This document shows, piece by piece, positions 8,425 to 18,488 of a stretch of 64,000 bases of DNA. The position numbers and the translations under genes were made by a program. This DNA is from Bacteroidales bacterium (GTDB lineage Bacteria; Bacteroidota; Bacteroidia; Bacteroidales; UBA932). How positions within the stretch are numbered: the first letter of the stretch is position 1; the number at the start of each line of letters is the position of its first letter. The DNA lies in NCBI GenBank assembly GCA_012522855.1, contig JAAYJQ010000002.1, forward strand, positions 71,607 through 135,606, written 5' to 3'. The notes under the pieces were generated by a model. It was not told where the DNA came from, searched no databases, and worked only from the letters and a program-made list of their open reading frames with translations.

Positions 8425-10088
8425 TGAAAAGGCTTGTCTTGATGGGCACGGCTGTGCTCATGGCGGCTGCCGCCGCGGCGCAGAGTGTCGTTGATTCCGT
8501 GTTTATCGACGTTTCACTCGCGGACGACGGGTCCGCCCTCGTCACTGAAACCTGGAACATCGATGTTTCCGACGACATTACCGAGTGGTACCGGGTCGTC
8601 GATAACCTGGGAGATATGGATGTCCGATCTCTGCGGGTCCGGGATGAAACCGGACAGCGGTACGTTACCGAAGACCGGGAATGGAAAGTTGACCGCAGCC
8701 GTTCCCAAAAGGCAGGACGTTGCGGCATGGTCCGGAAATCAGACGGTTACGAACTCTGCTGGGGGGTGGGGAGCAGCGGGCCGCATATCTATGTGGCTTC
8801 CTATGAATTGCTCGGCTTGGTAAAGGGGCACGAAGACATGGACGGGTTCAACTACATGTTCATGGCCCGGGACCAGGGTTCCCCTCCCGCGTATATTCAG
8901 GTCAGGATCTACAAGGACGGACTGGGTTTTTCGGAGGAAAACGCGAAGATCTGGGCCTTCGGCTTCGATGGCGAAATCAACTTTGAGGATAGCGTCATTG
9001 TCGCGCGGACAACCCGGCCCTTCACGGAACGGAGCGGCTTGATCGCGCTGGTCGGCTTCCAGAAGGGTCTGTTCCATCCCGCATTGCAGGAGGTTCGTAC
9101 TTTCGAAGAAGTCAAGGAGCAAGCTTTCGAGGGAAGTTCGTACGCGGATGCCCGCGCGGGGGGCAAAAGGAGCCTGGGAGACTGGATTCTGGACAATATT
9201 CTCGTGATCTTCGGGATCATCGCCGGTTTGTTCGTTTTCGGCGCGGGCCGGAGCGCCGTCAAGCGAAAGCGGAAGAGAAAGGAACTCTTCGGCGGTTCGG
9301 AAAAAGACGTGAACTGGTACAGGGATGTGCCTGTGAAGGGGGATCTTCATCGGGCCAACGGCATTCTGAATGTGATGACCCGTTCCGGAGACTACAAGAG
9401 GCTGATTGCGGCCTACATCACCCGGCTTTTCTACCGTAAAGCTTTCGATGTCGTTCGGGACGAGAAGGGGAGACCTGTTCTGCGTGTTCTTCCCATTGTC
9501 GTGGATCCGACCGAGGAAACATCGAAGGACACGAATCTGGAGTTCGATCTCTATAATTTTTTTAAAGAGGCTGCCGGAGAGAACGGTCTGCTTGAGAACA
9601 AGGAGCTGAAACGCTGGACGAAGTCCCATGATGAAAGCGTGTACAACTGGTACAAGAAGTTGAATCCTTCCCTTACGCTCTGGAATGTTCGGAAAGACGA
9701 AGTACAGCAGGTCTTCGGTCTCAAAAAGTTCTTGAAGGACTTTACGCTGATCGAGGATCGCGGTGTGGTGCAGGTGCAGCTCTGGAACAATTACCTGATC
9801 TTCGCTTCCCTGTTCGGAATCGCCGATCAGGTGCGGAAGGACTTCAAACAGGTCTGCCCCGAGTACTTCAGCTTGAGCGATGTCGGACAGATGATGGATA
9901 AGATGGATACGTCCACTTTCGACACAATGGTGAATATTCCGGCGCAGTCCTTCTACAACACGGCCCGCTCGTATATAAGTTCCTCGAGTGATGGCGGAGG
10001 AAGTTCCTGGAGCGGTGGCGGGGGAAGTTCTTCCTGGGGCGGCGGAGGAGGCTTCTCCGGCGGCGGTTCCGGCGGCGGAGGCCGATAA
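8421..10088 (+). CDS. DUF2207-like membrane protein with Gly/Ser-rich C-terminal tail
   Basis: Signal peptide, a beta-rich N-terminal ectodomain, TM segment ILVIFGIIAGLFVFGAG, and tail SSSSDGGGSSWSGGGGSSSWGGGGGFSGGGSGGGGR. ATGA overlap with lemA, which is the usual partner. Confidence 0.8.
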   Translation: MMKRLVLMGTAVLMAAAAAAQSVVDSVFIDVSLADDGSALVTETWNIDVSDDITEWYRVVDNLGDMDVRSLRVRDETGQRYVTEDREWKVDRSRSQKAGRCGMVRKSDGYELCWGVGSSGPHIYVASYELLGLVKGHEDMDGFNYMFMARDQGSPPAYIQVRIYKDGLGFSEENAKIWAFGFDGEINFEDSVIVARTTRPFTERSGLIALVGFQKGLFHPALQEVRTFEEVKEQAFEGSSYADARAGGKRSLGDWILDNILVIFGIIAGLFVFGAGRSAVKRKRKRKELFGGSEKDVNWYRDVPVKGDLHRANGILNVMTRSGDYKRLIAAYITRLFYRKAFDVVRDEKGRPVLRVLPIVVDPTEETSKDTNLEFDLYNFFKEAAGENGLLENKELKRWTKSHDESVYNWYKKLNPSLTLWNVRKDEVQQVFGLKKFLKDFTLIEDRGVVQVQLWNNYLIFASLFGIADQVRKDFKQVCPEYFSLSDVGQMMDKMDTSTFDTMVNIPAQSFYNTARSYISSSSDGGGSSWSGGGGSSSWGGGGGFSGGGSGGGGR

Positions 10089-10123
10089 TGTCCATTATAT
10101 TTACAGAATTTGAATTCAAAAAA

Positions 10124-10152
10124 GAAGCCGTAGGAGAAATCCTACGGCTTTC
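10124..10152. terminator. bidirectional intrinsic terminator hairpin between DUF2207 (+) and susD-like (-)
   Basis: AAGCCGTAGGA-GAAA-TCCTACGGCTT: 11-bp perfect stem with a GAAA loop, flanked by an A-run (5') and a T-run (3'). Confidence 0.65.
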
Positions 10153-10190
10153 TTTATGCTTCATCTACAATAGACAAAGGGATAGTTCCG

Positions 10191-12053
10191 TTATTTCCAA
10201 GGGTTCTGAGTCAGGTTGGGATTCAACTGAAGAACCGAAAGAGGAATAGGGTAAACAGTGGTCACACCGGCAGGGTCTTCTTTGAACTTGCCTCCGAGCG
10301 AGTGTGCAGGAACGCCTACGAACTTATCATCTGTGGGAAGAGTCCACATACCGAAACGGACGAGGTCGGCGCGACGGCCGGGCTCCCAGGCGAATTCACG
10401 CGCGCGCTCATCGAGAAGATCTGATGGCTTGACTTCGGTGTATGTCTCGACTTTTGCACGGGTACGGATTGAGTTGAACATCTCGAGACATTTACCATCA
10501 TTGCCCATACGTTTGTAAGCCTCGGCGGCTGCGAGAACGACATCGGCATAACGCCATACGACGCGGTCGCGGTTGTTGAATGCGAACGGGTTCGAAGATG
10601 TGAAGTCCCAGTCTCTCTTCTTGCCGCCGCGGGGACCGCCGTAGGTGAAGAGGTAATCCCATTTGACACCTGCATAGGACTCCTGGTAGTCGAGTCTTGA
10701 ATATTCAGGATAATAGCAAAGATATTCATTGAAGCTTGTTCCGTTGGTGGATTTGATCGGGTCGCCTGATCTGTTCTTCTGAAGACCGAAATAAACCGTA
10801 TTTGCCATGCGCGGGTCGGCCGCGGTCATGGTCTCAGGATCATATCCCCAAAGTCTGGAAGACTGGATGGATGCGATGGGGCCGTTACATGCAATGGCGA
10901 TGCCGAGAGCCTTTGCATGGTCGAAATTCATACTGAAGAATACGGTTGTGGCGGAACGTGCGCTTTCGTCGGAAGGCATTACGAAGATGTTCTCAACCGA
11001 AGTCTCGTTATTGATGGCAAAGTTGTCCGCGAAGTTGGGCTGGAGTTTGTAGCCTTCTTTCTCAATCTGCTGCTGGCACCAGATAACGGTCTCCCAGGCA
11101 TTTCTTGACTGCCCGTCAGGACAGTTGATTGAATATGCCTTGCCTGCTGCGGAAACTCTGTCGAATACATTGTCCATATCGTATTCATAACGGCCGGTCT
11201 TGATGAGGTTTGCAGGGAAAATCTTTGCGTCATCGTCTCTTCCTTCATTATTGACCACAGGGTTGGGATAGTTGTGGGCGTCCGGGTAGTTATCCTTTAC
11301 GACGGTTGCGATGTACGGGCTGTTTGACCAGTCATCGAGAGACCAGATAGGAGCGTTGAGGGCGAGTTTCTGGAGAAGGGTGTAACCGATGGCCTTGGTC
11401 ATGCGGCCATAAAATTCACCTGTATTCTGTGATTTTGCACTGGGAAGGTCAGGGATGAGTGAAGCGACGTCCTCGAGGAGCCATTTGAGGGCTGCGCTGC
11501 GTGAAGACTGTGTTACATCTGAAATACTTGATTTTCCGGAAGTGACGATAGGAATACGTCCCCAATAGTCGAGTCCTACCATATAATAGATGTCTCTCAG
11601 GATTGAGATTTCACTGATGTATGGCTTCAGGAGGTCTTCATCCCCACCTTCCGCCAGAATGTCTCTTACCTGATCGAGAGATCTGTTGCAAAGCGCGATA
11701 TAGGTGTACAGCGTGTTCCATGCCTGAGCCAGTTTTCCGAAAGTCTGGTCGATATCGTGCTGGAAAATCTGCTGGTGAGGACCGCCATCGACCCAGCCGT
11801 TCCGTCTTCCCGGAGTGATTACCAGGTCCGCGGCAGCATTGTCGAAGTAGTATAGAAGCTGGTCGTAGTCCGTAAGATTGGGAATTGTGGAAGGAACATA
11901 CAGAGATGCGACGCAGTTGATATAGATAAGTTTGGGGTTCGAGTAGGCCTCAACACCGATAAACGAACTCTTCGGGTTTTCATCAAGGAAACCTTTACAC
12001 CCCGAAGCCATAATAATAACGATTGCAAAGAATGCAAAAAATATTTTTTTCAT
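10191..12053 (-). CDS. RagB/SusD family nutrient-binding outer-membrane lipoprotein
   Basis: Lipobox MKKIFFAFFAIVIIMASGC, 620 aa, and SusD-like helical/TPR-like composition. Lies immediately downstream of the SusC-like gene. Confidence 0.9.
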   Translation of the reverse strand: MKKIFFAFFAIVIIMASGCKGFLDENPKSSFIGVEAYSNPKLIYINCVASLYVPSTIPNLTDYDQLLYYFDNAAADLVITPGRRNGWVDGGPHQQIFQHDIDQTFGKLAQAWNTLYTYIALCNRSLDQVRDILAEGGDEDLLKPYISEISILRDIYYMVGLDYWGRIPIVTSGKSSISDVTQSSRSAALKWLLEDVASLIPDLPSAKSQNTGEFYGRMTKAIGYTLLQKLALNAPIWSLDDWSNSPYIATVVKDNYPDAHNYPNPVVNNEGRDDDAKIFPANLIKTGRYEYDMDNVFDRVSAAGKAYSINCPDGQSRNAWETVIWCQQQIEKEGYKLQPNFADNFAINNETSVENIFVMPSDESARSATTVFFSMNFDHAKALGIAIACNGPIASIQSSRLWGYDPETMTAADPRMANTVYFGLQKNRSGDPIKSTNGTSFNEYLCYYPEYSRLDYQESYAGVKWDYLFTYGGPRGGKKRDWDFTSSNPFAFNNRDRVVWRYADVVLAAAEAYKRMGNDGKCLEMFNSIRTRAKVETYTEVKPSDLLDERAREFAWEPGRRADLVRFGMWTLPTDDKFVGVPAHSLGGKFKEDPAGVTTVYPIPLSVLQLNPNLTQNPWK

Positions 12054-12082
12054 AATTATGCTGTGATATTTGGGGGTTATAA

Positions 12083-15037
12083 TTAAAACTTAACATTGAG
12101 CTGGAGCGCGAATGTCCTCATGATAGGATAAACGTTGCGGGCATCGACACCACCGGTGATGGATGCGGAGTTGATCATAGGGGTAAGACCCGTATATCCG
12201 GTCAATGTAGCTACGTTGTTGCAAGAAAGAGCGACCCTGAGACCTTTGATAAGAGAATTCCTGGTAATGGTACTCGGGAGGTTGTAACCGAGAGTGATAT
12301 AGGCGATGTTTACGTAGTCGCCCTTTTCCAGATAATATGAAGTATGGGAAAGACCGTAGATGTTTGCATTGATAGCATCCTGGAGGACGTTGTACATCGG
12401 GAAACCGCTCAAGTCATGAAGACACATGGAAGTGAAGTTATAGATCTTGTGTCCGAAAGCACCCTGGAGCTGTGAGGCAAGATCGAAATTTTTCCATCTC
12501 AGATTGATGGTCATGTTGGCAATGACTTTGGGAATTGCCTGTCCCATCTCTTCACGGTCGCCCTCGTCTGAAAGGTCAACCCCGTTTCCGTCAAGGTCTT
12601 TCACCTTATAGTGGAGGTGGCCCTGGGCATCCTCGTCGAAGCCGTCGTGGACGGGGAGACGGAAGATGCCTACCGGTTTGCCTTCAGTCATATATGTAAC
12701 ACCTGTGTTGGAAGTAAGACCCCCGGCTATACCCGAAGCGAGAACGATGTACTTGGGAGTGGTCAGCTGCTCGTCGTTGTAGGTACCGTGGAGTGAAACG
12801 AGTTCATTAACCTGATATGCAGCGTTTGCAGAGACGTTCAGGGTCCAGTCTCTGGTCCTGACGATATCGCCGCGGAGAGCGAACTCGATACCGTTGTTGG
12901 TCATTTCTCCCATGTTTGCGAGGAGGCTGGTGTAGACGAACGGAGGAACAGGGACCTGATACGTGTAAAGCATATCCGTTGTCCTGGATTTATAGTAGTC
13001 GATGGTGCCGGACAATCTTGAATTGAAGAATGCGAAGTCCAAACCGACGTCGAATGTTGCCTTGGTCTCCCATTTGAGATCAGGGTTGGCATTCGAACCG
13101 ATTGCGTATGTAACGGTAGGAATACCGTTGTAGTTGGTGATGCCGGTAGGGTTCATGATCTGCAGAGAGTTGTAAGCAGAGATTGCATCCTGGTTGCCCG
13201 TTACGCCATAACCGATGCGGAGTTTCAAGTTGTTGAGGTATTTGAGACCTTTCATGAACCTCTCGTTCGTGATGATCCACGCTGCGGATGCTGAAGGGAA
13301 GAAACCCCATTTGTTGTTCGCGCCGAGCTTGGAAGAACCGTCGGCACGTGCATTGGCCGTCAGTACATAGCGGCTGTCATACATATAGTTCAGACGGCCC
13401 AGATAAGAGAGCAGCTGGTTCGCTGTAGCGCTTGAAGACACGTTGCCGTACTTGACGACTGCGCCCGCACCCATATTGTTGAATCCGAACTTATTGGTAT
13501 CGAAGTTTGAAGCGGACATGGAACTGGTGAAAGATTCGACTTTCTGAGCCTCTACAAGACCGAGGGCGTTGATCTCGTGCTTGCGGAAGACCTTGATATA
13601 AGAGAGCTGAATGTTTCCCATCATATCCGTTCTCTCCGTGTTCCGGATAGATGCGGATCCCACACTCGTCGAGATTGTAGTAGGAGTGTATGATTTGACT
13701 GCGGAGAGAAAACGGCTATAGCTGCCGAATGCGCTTAACTGGAGGTCTTTGATGATGTTCCAGGTGATCTTGCCTGAAGTCAGTATATCGTTGCCGGTAG
13801 TGTAGGAAGGCTGTTCGAATGCTTCTCCGGGATGACCTGCCATCATGGAGTTGGGGTCGCGGTCCCATTTGTCGGTTTCCGGATTGCGGAAACCGGGGAA
13901 TGTTGGATTGTAAGTCAAAGCACCCGACATTACGTTTCCGCCAACGTTCTTCTGGTCACGCTTGGACGCGCGAAGCCTGAGATCGAATATGAGTCTGCCG
14001 CCCAGTGCTTTCTGATTCGCTGTAAAGTTAGCGTTGTAGTTGTTGTTGTAAGTTTCTCTGATCAAGCTGTTCTGGAGCTGAGTGCCGATGGAAGCCCGCA
14101 TAGAGAAATTGTCCGTGCCTTGGGTGAGGGAGATGTTGTGGTTGTTTTGGAGCGGATGGTCGTTCCTGACCCATTTCATCCATTCTGTATTGTAACCCAT
14201 ATCGTAACCTGAGCCCGGGCAGATGTCTGCAACGAGTTTCCTCCACTGATCAGCGTTGAGAGGAAGGATCTCTCTCGCGATTGTCCCTACACCGATTTTA
14301 CCGCTGTACTCTACGTTGGCCTGGCCTTTTTCACCTCTTTTTGTGGTTGCAACGATGACACCGGCAGCACCGCGACTGCCATATTGAGCCGTCTCTGAAG
14401 CATCCTTCAAGATCGTAAGGTCTGCGAGGTCTTCGACTGAAAGATTCTGGAGCTGGCGGAGGTTCGAGAATACACCGTCGATGATAACGAGAGGATCGTT
14501 ACCTCCCGACAGGGAAGTAGTACCCCTCAAACGTACTGAAGGATTGGCGTTGATGTTGCCACCATTGGTGGTGATCAACAATCCCGGTACATTACCGGCC
14601 AAAGCTTCGATCGCGTCTGAAATGTAACCCTTGTTCAGTTTTTCAGCCGTTACCTTTTCCACTGTACCGGAAACCGATCTTTTGTTTCCGACAGCGTAAC
14701 CGATGACGAGGGTTTCGTCCAATTCAGTAGATTCTTCTTCAAGAATTACATTGATCACAGAACGTCCGTTCACCGGGACAACTTGTGTTATGTAACCGAT
14801 ACAAGAAATCTCAAGAACTGGATTGTCGCCTGTAACACTGAGAGAATACTTCCCATCAATGTCGGTCGCAATACCGGCTGTCGTGCCTTGTACCAAAACA
14901 GCCGCGCCCGGGATCGGGAATCCGTCAGGATCGGTGACTACACCCGATACGTTGGCCTGAGCGAAGAGAGCCAGGCTGGCGAAGGTCAGGCACAAAGACA
15001 TAAACAACTTTCTTGTTAAATAAAGTTTTGTGTTCAT
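12083..15037 (-). CDS. SusC/RagA family TonB-dependent outer-membrane transporter
   Basis: N-terminal carboxypeptidase-regulatory-like domain (VSGVVTDPDGFPIPGAAVLVQGTTAGIATDIDGKYSL), plug, a long beta-barrel, and C-terminal F (LQLNVKF). No STN/anti-sigma signalling domain was seen. Confidence 0.92.
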   Translation of the reverse strand: MNTKLYLTRKLFMSLCLTFASLALFAQANVSGVVTDPDGFPIPGAAVLVQGTTAGIATDIDGKYSLSVTGDNPVLEISCIGYITQVVPVNGRSVINVILEEESTELDETLVIGYAVGNKRSVSGTVEKVTAEKLNKGYISDAIEALAGNVPGLLITTNGGNINANPSVRLRGTTSLSGGNDPLVIIDGVFSNLRQLQNLSVEDLADLTILKDASETAQYGSRGAAGVIVATTKRGEKGQANVEYSGKIGVGTIAREILPLNADQWRKLVADICPGSGYDMGYNTEWMKWVRNDHPLQNNHNISLTQGTDNFSMRASIGTQLQNSLIRETYNNNYNANFTANQKALGGRLIFDLRLRASKRDQKNVGGNVMSGALTYNPTFPGFRNPETDKWDRDPNSMMAGHPGEAFEQPSYTTGNDILTSGKITWNIIKDLQLSAFGSYSRFLSAVKSYTPTTISTSVGSASIRNTERTDMMGNIQLSYIKVFRKHEINALGLVEAQKVESFTSSMSASNFDTNKFGFNNMGAGAVVKYGNVSSSATANQLLSYLGRLNYMYDSRYVLTANARADGSSKLGANNKWGFFPSASAAWIITNERFMKGLKYLNNLKLRIGYGVTGNQDAISAYNSLQIMNPTGITNYNGIPTVTYAIGSNANPDLKWETKATFDVGLDFAFFNSRLSGTIDYYKSRTTDMLYTYQVPVPPFVYTSLLANMGEMTNNGIEFALRGDIVRTRDWTLNVSANAAYQVNELVSLHGTYNDEQLTTPKYIVLASGIAGGLTSNTGVTYMTEGKPVGIFRLPVHDGFDEDAQGHLHYKVKDLDGNGVDLSDEGDREEMGQAIPKVIANMTINLRWKNFDLASQLQGAFGHKIYNFTSMCLHDLSGFPMYNVLQDAINANIYGLSHTSYYLEKGDYVNIAYITLGYNLPSTITRNSLIKGLRVALSCNNVATLTGYTGLTPMINSASITGGVDARNVYPIMRTFALQLNVKF

Positions 15038-15084
15038 TGTGATTTGTTTTTGTGGTTGGTTGTGTGTAAATGGAATTTATATGC

Positions 15085-16026
15085 TTATTTGTTCAGCATC
15101 TTGCAGTTGTCGAGGAAATTGTAGAACAGTGTCGTCCAGATGTTCACCGGCTTGCCGTTGTCGCGGTATCCGAAACCGTGCATGGCGCTCGTGAATGAGT
15201 GGATCTCGCAAGGCTGACGGGTCTTGTGCCATGCGGTGTAGAGAGCGGGCGTGTCGCCGAAATGGTTTGTAGAAGCGGCTTCGCCTTGGCTCGCGGCGAT
15301 GAAGAGAGGCATTGGATCTGCAGGTACTTCGGCAGTGAACCATGCCGGATAGATCATTCCGACGAAGTCCGGACGGCTCATCTCGTCATGATGGAGCGAT
15401 ACATTCCATACGATGTTGCCACCCGCCGAGAATCCGATGATGCCGATTGCCTTGGGGTTGACGCCGTATTTGTCCGCGTTCTTTCGGATGTATGTGATGG
15501 CTGCTCTACCGTCATCCCATGCCATCTTTCTGTCATAGCCCTGTTCTTTGGCAATCTGCGCGTGTTTTTCAGTAAGCTCTCTCATGCGTGCATCCCTTCC
15601 CTGGTTGCCGTATGAATGGTCGGCCACATATTTCGCTTCCTCATAATCGGCACCTGAATATGCGATACGGTATTTCAGAACGAAGGCGGCGATGCCGTGC
15701 GCGGCGAGCCATTTGGCAACGTCCGGACCTTCCTGACTCCATGATAGAGCCGTGAATCCACCACCGGGGCATACTACGACCGCAGCGCCCGTTTCGGTGC
15801 CTTTTGCCGGGAGATATACGTACAATTCGGGATCTACTACGTTTAGGATGCATTGGCCGGTCTCACCGGGGTACAGAGAAGTAGTATAGTCGAAGAGAAA
15901 TTCCTGTTGCGTCCAATCCTCACAACCAGGAGCTTTGCCTTCGTAAAGACGGATTCTTTCTGCCTGTGCAAAAACACCGGTCGTGCACAATGCAAGGACA
16001 AACAAAGTGATGATTCTTTTTTTCAT
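15085..16026 (-). CDS. secreted alpha/beta-hydrolase esterase (Aes/BD-FAE-like), paralog of 20853-21785
   Basis: Signal peptide, oxyanion region VVVCPGGGFTALSW, nucleophile elbow GFSAGGN, and a C-terminal His region (SAMHGFG). Confidence 0.8.
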   Translation of the reverse strand: MKKRIITLFVLALCTTGVFAQAERIRLYEGKAPGCEDWTQQEFLFDYTTSLYPGETGQCILNVVDPELYVYLPAKGTETGAAVVVCPGGGFTALSWSQEGPDVAKWLAAHGIAAFVLKYRIAYSGADYEEAKYVADHSYGNQGRDARMRELTEKHAQIAKEQGYDRKMAWDDGRAAITYIRKNADKYGVNPKAIGIIGFSAGGNIVWNVSLHHDEMSRPDFVGMIYPAWFTAEVPADPMPLFIAASQGEAASTNHFGDTPALYTAWHKTRQPCEIHSFTSAMHGFGYRDNGKPVNIWTTLFYNFLDNCKMLNK

Positions 16027-16110
16027 AATTATATCTTGATTGTTATTTCAGTATTATTCTCAACACACAAGGAATCCAAGGAAAATTTAAACTTTATTGT
16101 ACGGATTGTA

Positions 16111-18456
16111 TCAGATTTCAGGGAATACGGTAAGCCTGATAGTAGAAGCACCGTAAGGAACGAGCTCGATGAATGCATCGCTGCCTTCCTCAGGAACGAC
16201 TGTCTGCGGGAGGGGTGGAGTGATATACGCATCTTCCATTTCCCAGCTGCAATACCATATGCCGTCTTTCTCGAACAAAGCGTTGTAAGCGTCGCGGACT
16301 CTGCCGTACGTGCCGTCAGGATCGACGTAATACCTCATGGAGCCTGCCCTGAGCAGCTGAACGAGCTCGCCATTGAATTTGACATAGCCGCCGTCTTCTG
16401 CCGGTTTACCATTCTTGTCGAACAATGGTTCATGGGTCCACTGGGTGAAACGCTCGCCTTCATACGGTTTGCTCGGAACGACATCGAAGTCCCAGTCCTT
16501 GACACCCGTCACGGGGATTCTGATCTTCAGCGGAACATTGTCGAGATCGAACGGGAAGCCCTTGGCGTTTGTCTTGATGAGTTTGACCTTGTCGAGATCG
16601 GCGTTGCGGATAGCGTAGTTCCATTTGCCGGAAGGTGTTATGTTCCAGTTGACGAAATCAGGATTCTTTGATTCCTTGCCCGCAAGGTAGTCGTAAACCT
16701 TCGTATCCACTTCCCAGTTGGCAGGGATAGCGTAAGTGTAAGTCAACGGACCGCGCACAACGCTCTTACCTTGGACCGCGTTATTCACGAACTCGATCTC
16801 CATCGGGAAGTTCACGTTGAATTTCTCGCCGCTCTTCCATGTCTTGCTGACGGTCTGGAAGCCTTGCTTTTCAGATGTCTTGCACCATCCGGGCACTCTG
16901 TATGTGAAGTCCATTTGGTGAGACTTTTTCGATACTTTCCCATCCTTGTAGAAGGTGAACTTGAACTGGATGTCTTCATCGAACGGATAGTCGGTAATCT
17001 CCTGGATTTTCACCGTGACGCCGTCACCGAGATCATAAACCACTGACGAAGGACCGTAGAGGGCAGCCACAGGCTGGCCGTTCTTATCTTTCATCCACAT
17101 TCTGGATGCGAAATTCGGGAAGTATCTGTGGAGGTTGCCGATACAACACTCAACTTCGTGGGCAGACCGGTATGCCATCCATGTCTTGGCTTTCTTGTAT
17201 TCGTTGTGGTTCGATGAGCCTGTGCAGAGGAATTGGTTGGGGCATGAGAAATATTGCATTGCCTTGAAGTCCTTGGTGACTGCGCCGAAGCCGGCATTGT
17301 AGATGGCTCTCTCCAGGCGGTCGGCGAATGTTGCATCACCGGTGACCATCAGATAATAACCTATGGTCCATGTGTAGTCGGATATGACGCAGGTTTCGTG
17401 TGAAGCCAATGGATCGACACCTGCAAGTCCTTCTGAACTGGAGACGATACCGTCAATGAGCATATTCAGGTCTTCCATCTTCCGGTCGCCCTTCAAAGCG
17501 GCTTCCTTGTAGATCTCTTTACCTGTGAAAGCGTAAAGGAGCATGGGGAGCTTGAGGGTTTCGCAGACGGTGACGCCGTGGCCTGACATGGGCTGATCGC
17601 TCAGGTACTGCTGCATATACCTCGGAACCAGAGCCCAGACAGCTTCCGCCAGTTCGAGGAGCTTGGGGTTCCCGGTGAGCGCGTACGTCCAGAGGATCCC
17701 TTCGATATTGATGATATAACGGCTCTCGCTGAGTTCTTCCGGAGTGTATGTGAGGTAGTTCTTCTCGAGCGCGACAGGAACTCTCGGATCGCCGGTGGCC
17801 TCATAGTAGGTCTTCATTGTTCGGAAGAACACTGCGAAAGGCCAGCCCATTGATTCGCCTTCACGGCCGAGACGGCCTTCAGGACGTCCTGCAGCGGCTA
17901 TGATCTTCCGCTTCTCGATCTGTGCTCTTCTGCTGGCCTCTCTCTCCTTTGCGCGAGGGTCGTTGGCGATCTGGGATCCCGGGCCGAAGCCGAAGCCCCT
18001 GTAAGTGGACTCGTCGAATACATAGCCCGGCTTCGGAGGCAACGGATGATCAAGGACGTAGTCCACGTTGGCTTTGCCCTTGGCCATGAGTTCCTCGTCG
18101 TCGAGAACATAGCCAAGTCTGCTGAAACCGTCCACATAGTATGCAGACTGCTCGAAACGCCACCAGTCAGAACCCCAGTAGTGAGGATTCTTGCTCATCT
18201 CGAGATCGCCTGCCCAGCAGCAGCTGTCGAAAGGATACGACATCGCTTCCGGGTGACCCGTAAGGCCGTCCTTCTGTCTCTGAAGGATTTCCCTAACCCA
18301 GCCTTCGGGGGTGATGTCGTTGATAAGACCCTCAGCGAAAGCGGCGAAGGGAGCGACAGGAATAACCGGGGCGCCTGCAACCGGGGCTTTTCCCTTTTCC
18401 CTGCATGCAACCAGGAACATAGAAAAAACGAGTAAAATCAGTGAAATCCTTTTCAT
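16111..18456 (-). CDS. GH127/GH146-like (DUF1680) glycoside hydrolase lipoprotein, beta-L-arabinofuranosidase-like
   Basis: Lipobox LVFSMFLVAC. The E-x-C motif (HETCVISDY) and CC motif (HEVECCIGNLHRYFPN) match the Glu/Cys3 Zn site and catalytic Cys arrangement known for the GH127 enzyme HypBA1. Confidence 0.7.
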   Translation of the reverse strand: MKRISLILLVFSMFLVACREKGKAPVAGAPVIPVAPFAAFAEGLINDITPEGWVREILQRQKDGLTGHPEAMSYPFDSCCWAGDLEMSKNPHYWGSDWWRFEQSAYYVDGFSRLGYVLDDEELMAKGKANVDYVLDHPLPPKPGYVFDESTYRGFGFGPGSQIANDPRAKEREASRRAQIEKRKIIAAAGRPEGRLGREGESMGWPFAVFFRTMKTYYEATGDPRVPVALEKNYLTYTPEELSESRYIINIEGILWTYALTGNPKLLELAEAVWALVPRYMQQYLSDQPMSGHGVTVCETLKLPMLLYAFTGKEIYKEAALKGDRKMEDLNMLIDGIVSSSEGLAGVDPLASHETCVISDYTWTIGYYLMVTGDATFADRLERAIYNAGFGAVTKDFKAMQYFSCPNQFLCTGSSNHNEYKKAKTWMAYRSAHEVECCIGNLHRYFPNFASRMWMKDKNGQPVAALYGPSSVVYDLGDGVTVKIQEITDYPFDEDIQFKFTFYKDGKVSKKSHQMDFTYRVPGWCKTSEKQGFQTVSKTWKSGEKFNVNFPMEIEFVNNAVQGKSVVRGPLTYTYAIPANWEVDTKVYDYLAGKESKNPDFVNWNITPSGKWNYAIRNADLDKVKLIKTNAKGFPFDLDNVPLKIRIPVTGVKDWDFDVVPSKPYEGERFTQWTHEPLFDKNGKPAEDGGYVKFNGELVQLLRAGSMRYYVDPDGTYGRVRDAYNALFEKDGIWYCSWEMEDAYITPPLPQTVVPEEGSDAFIELVPYGASTIRLTVFPEI

Positions 18457-18488
18457 GTTGTTACCAGGATAATGCGGTGTGCGACAAA

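Noticed and set aside
10089-10190. Searched for an att-like direct repeat of the tRNA-Pro 3' end, and for an integrase, at the far boundary of the low-GC block.
   Set aside because: I found no copy of the tRNA 3' sequence and no integrase or transposase-like ORF anywhere in the window. The island interpretation therefore remains compositional only.
15038-15084. Possible sRNA-target pairing. The minus-strand version of the ACCAA-rich loop (TGGTTGGTT, within 25081-25089) is complementary to the SusC leader (AACCAACCA).
   Set aside because: Only 9 contiguous nucleotides of low-complexity sequence match. A 9-mer match somewhere in 128 kb of two-strand sequence is expected by chance about half the time.
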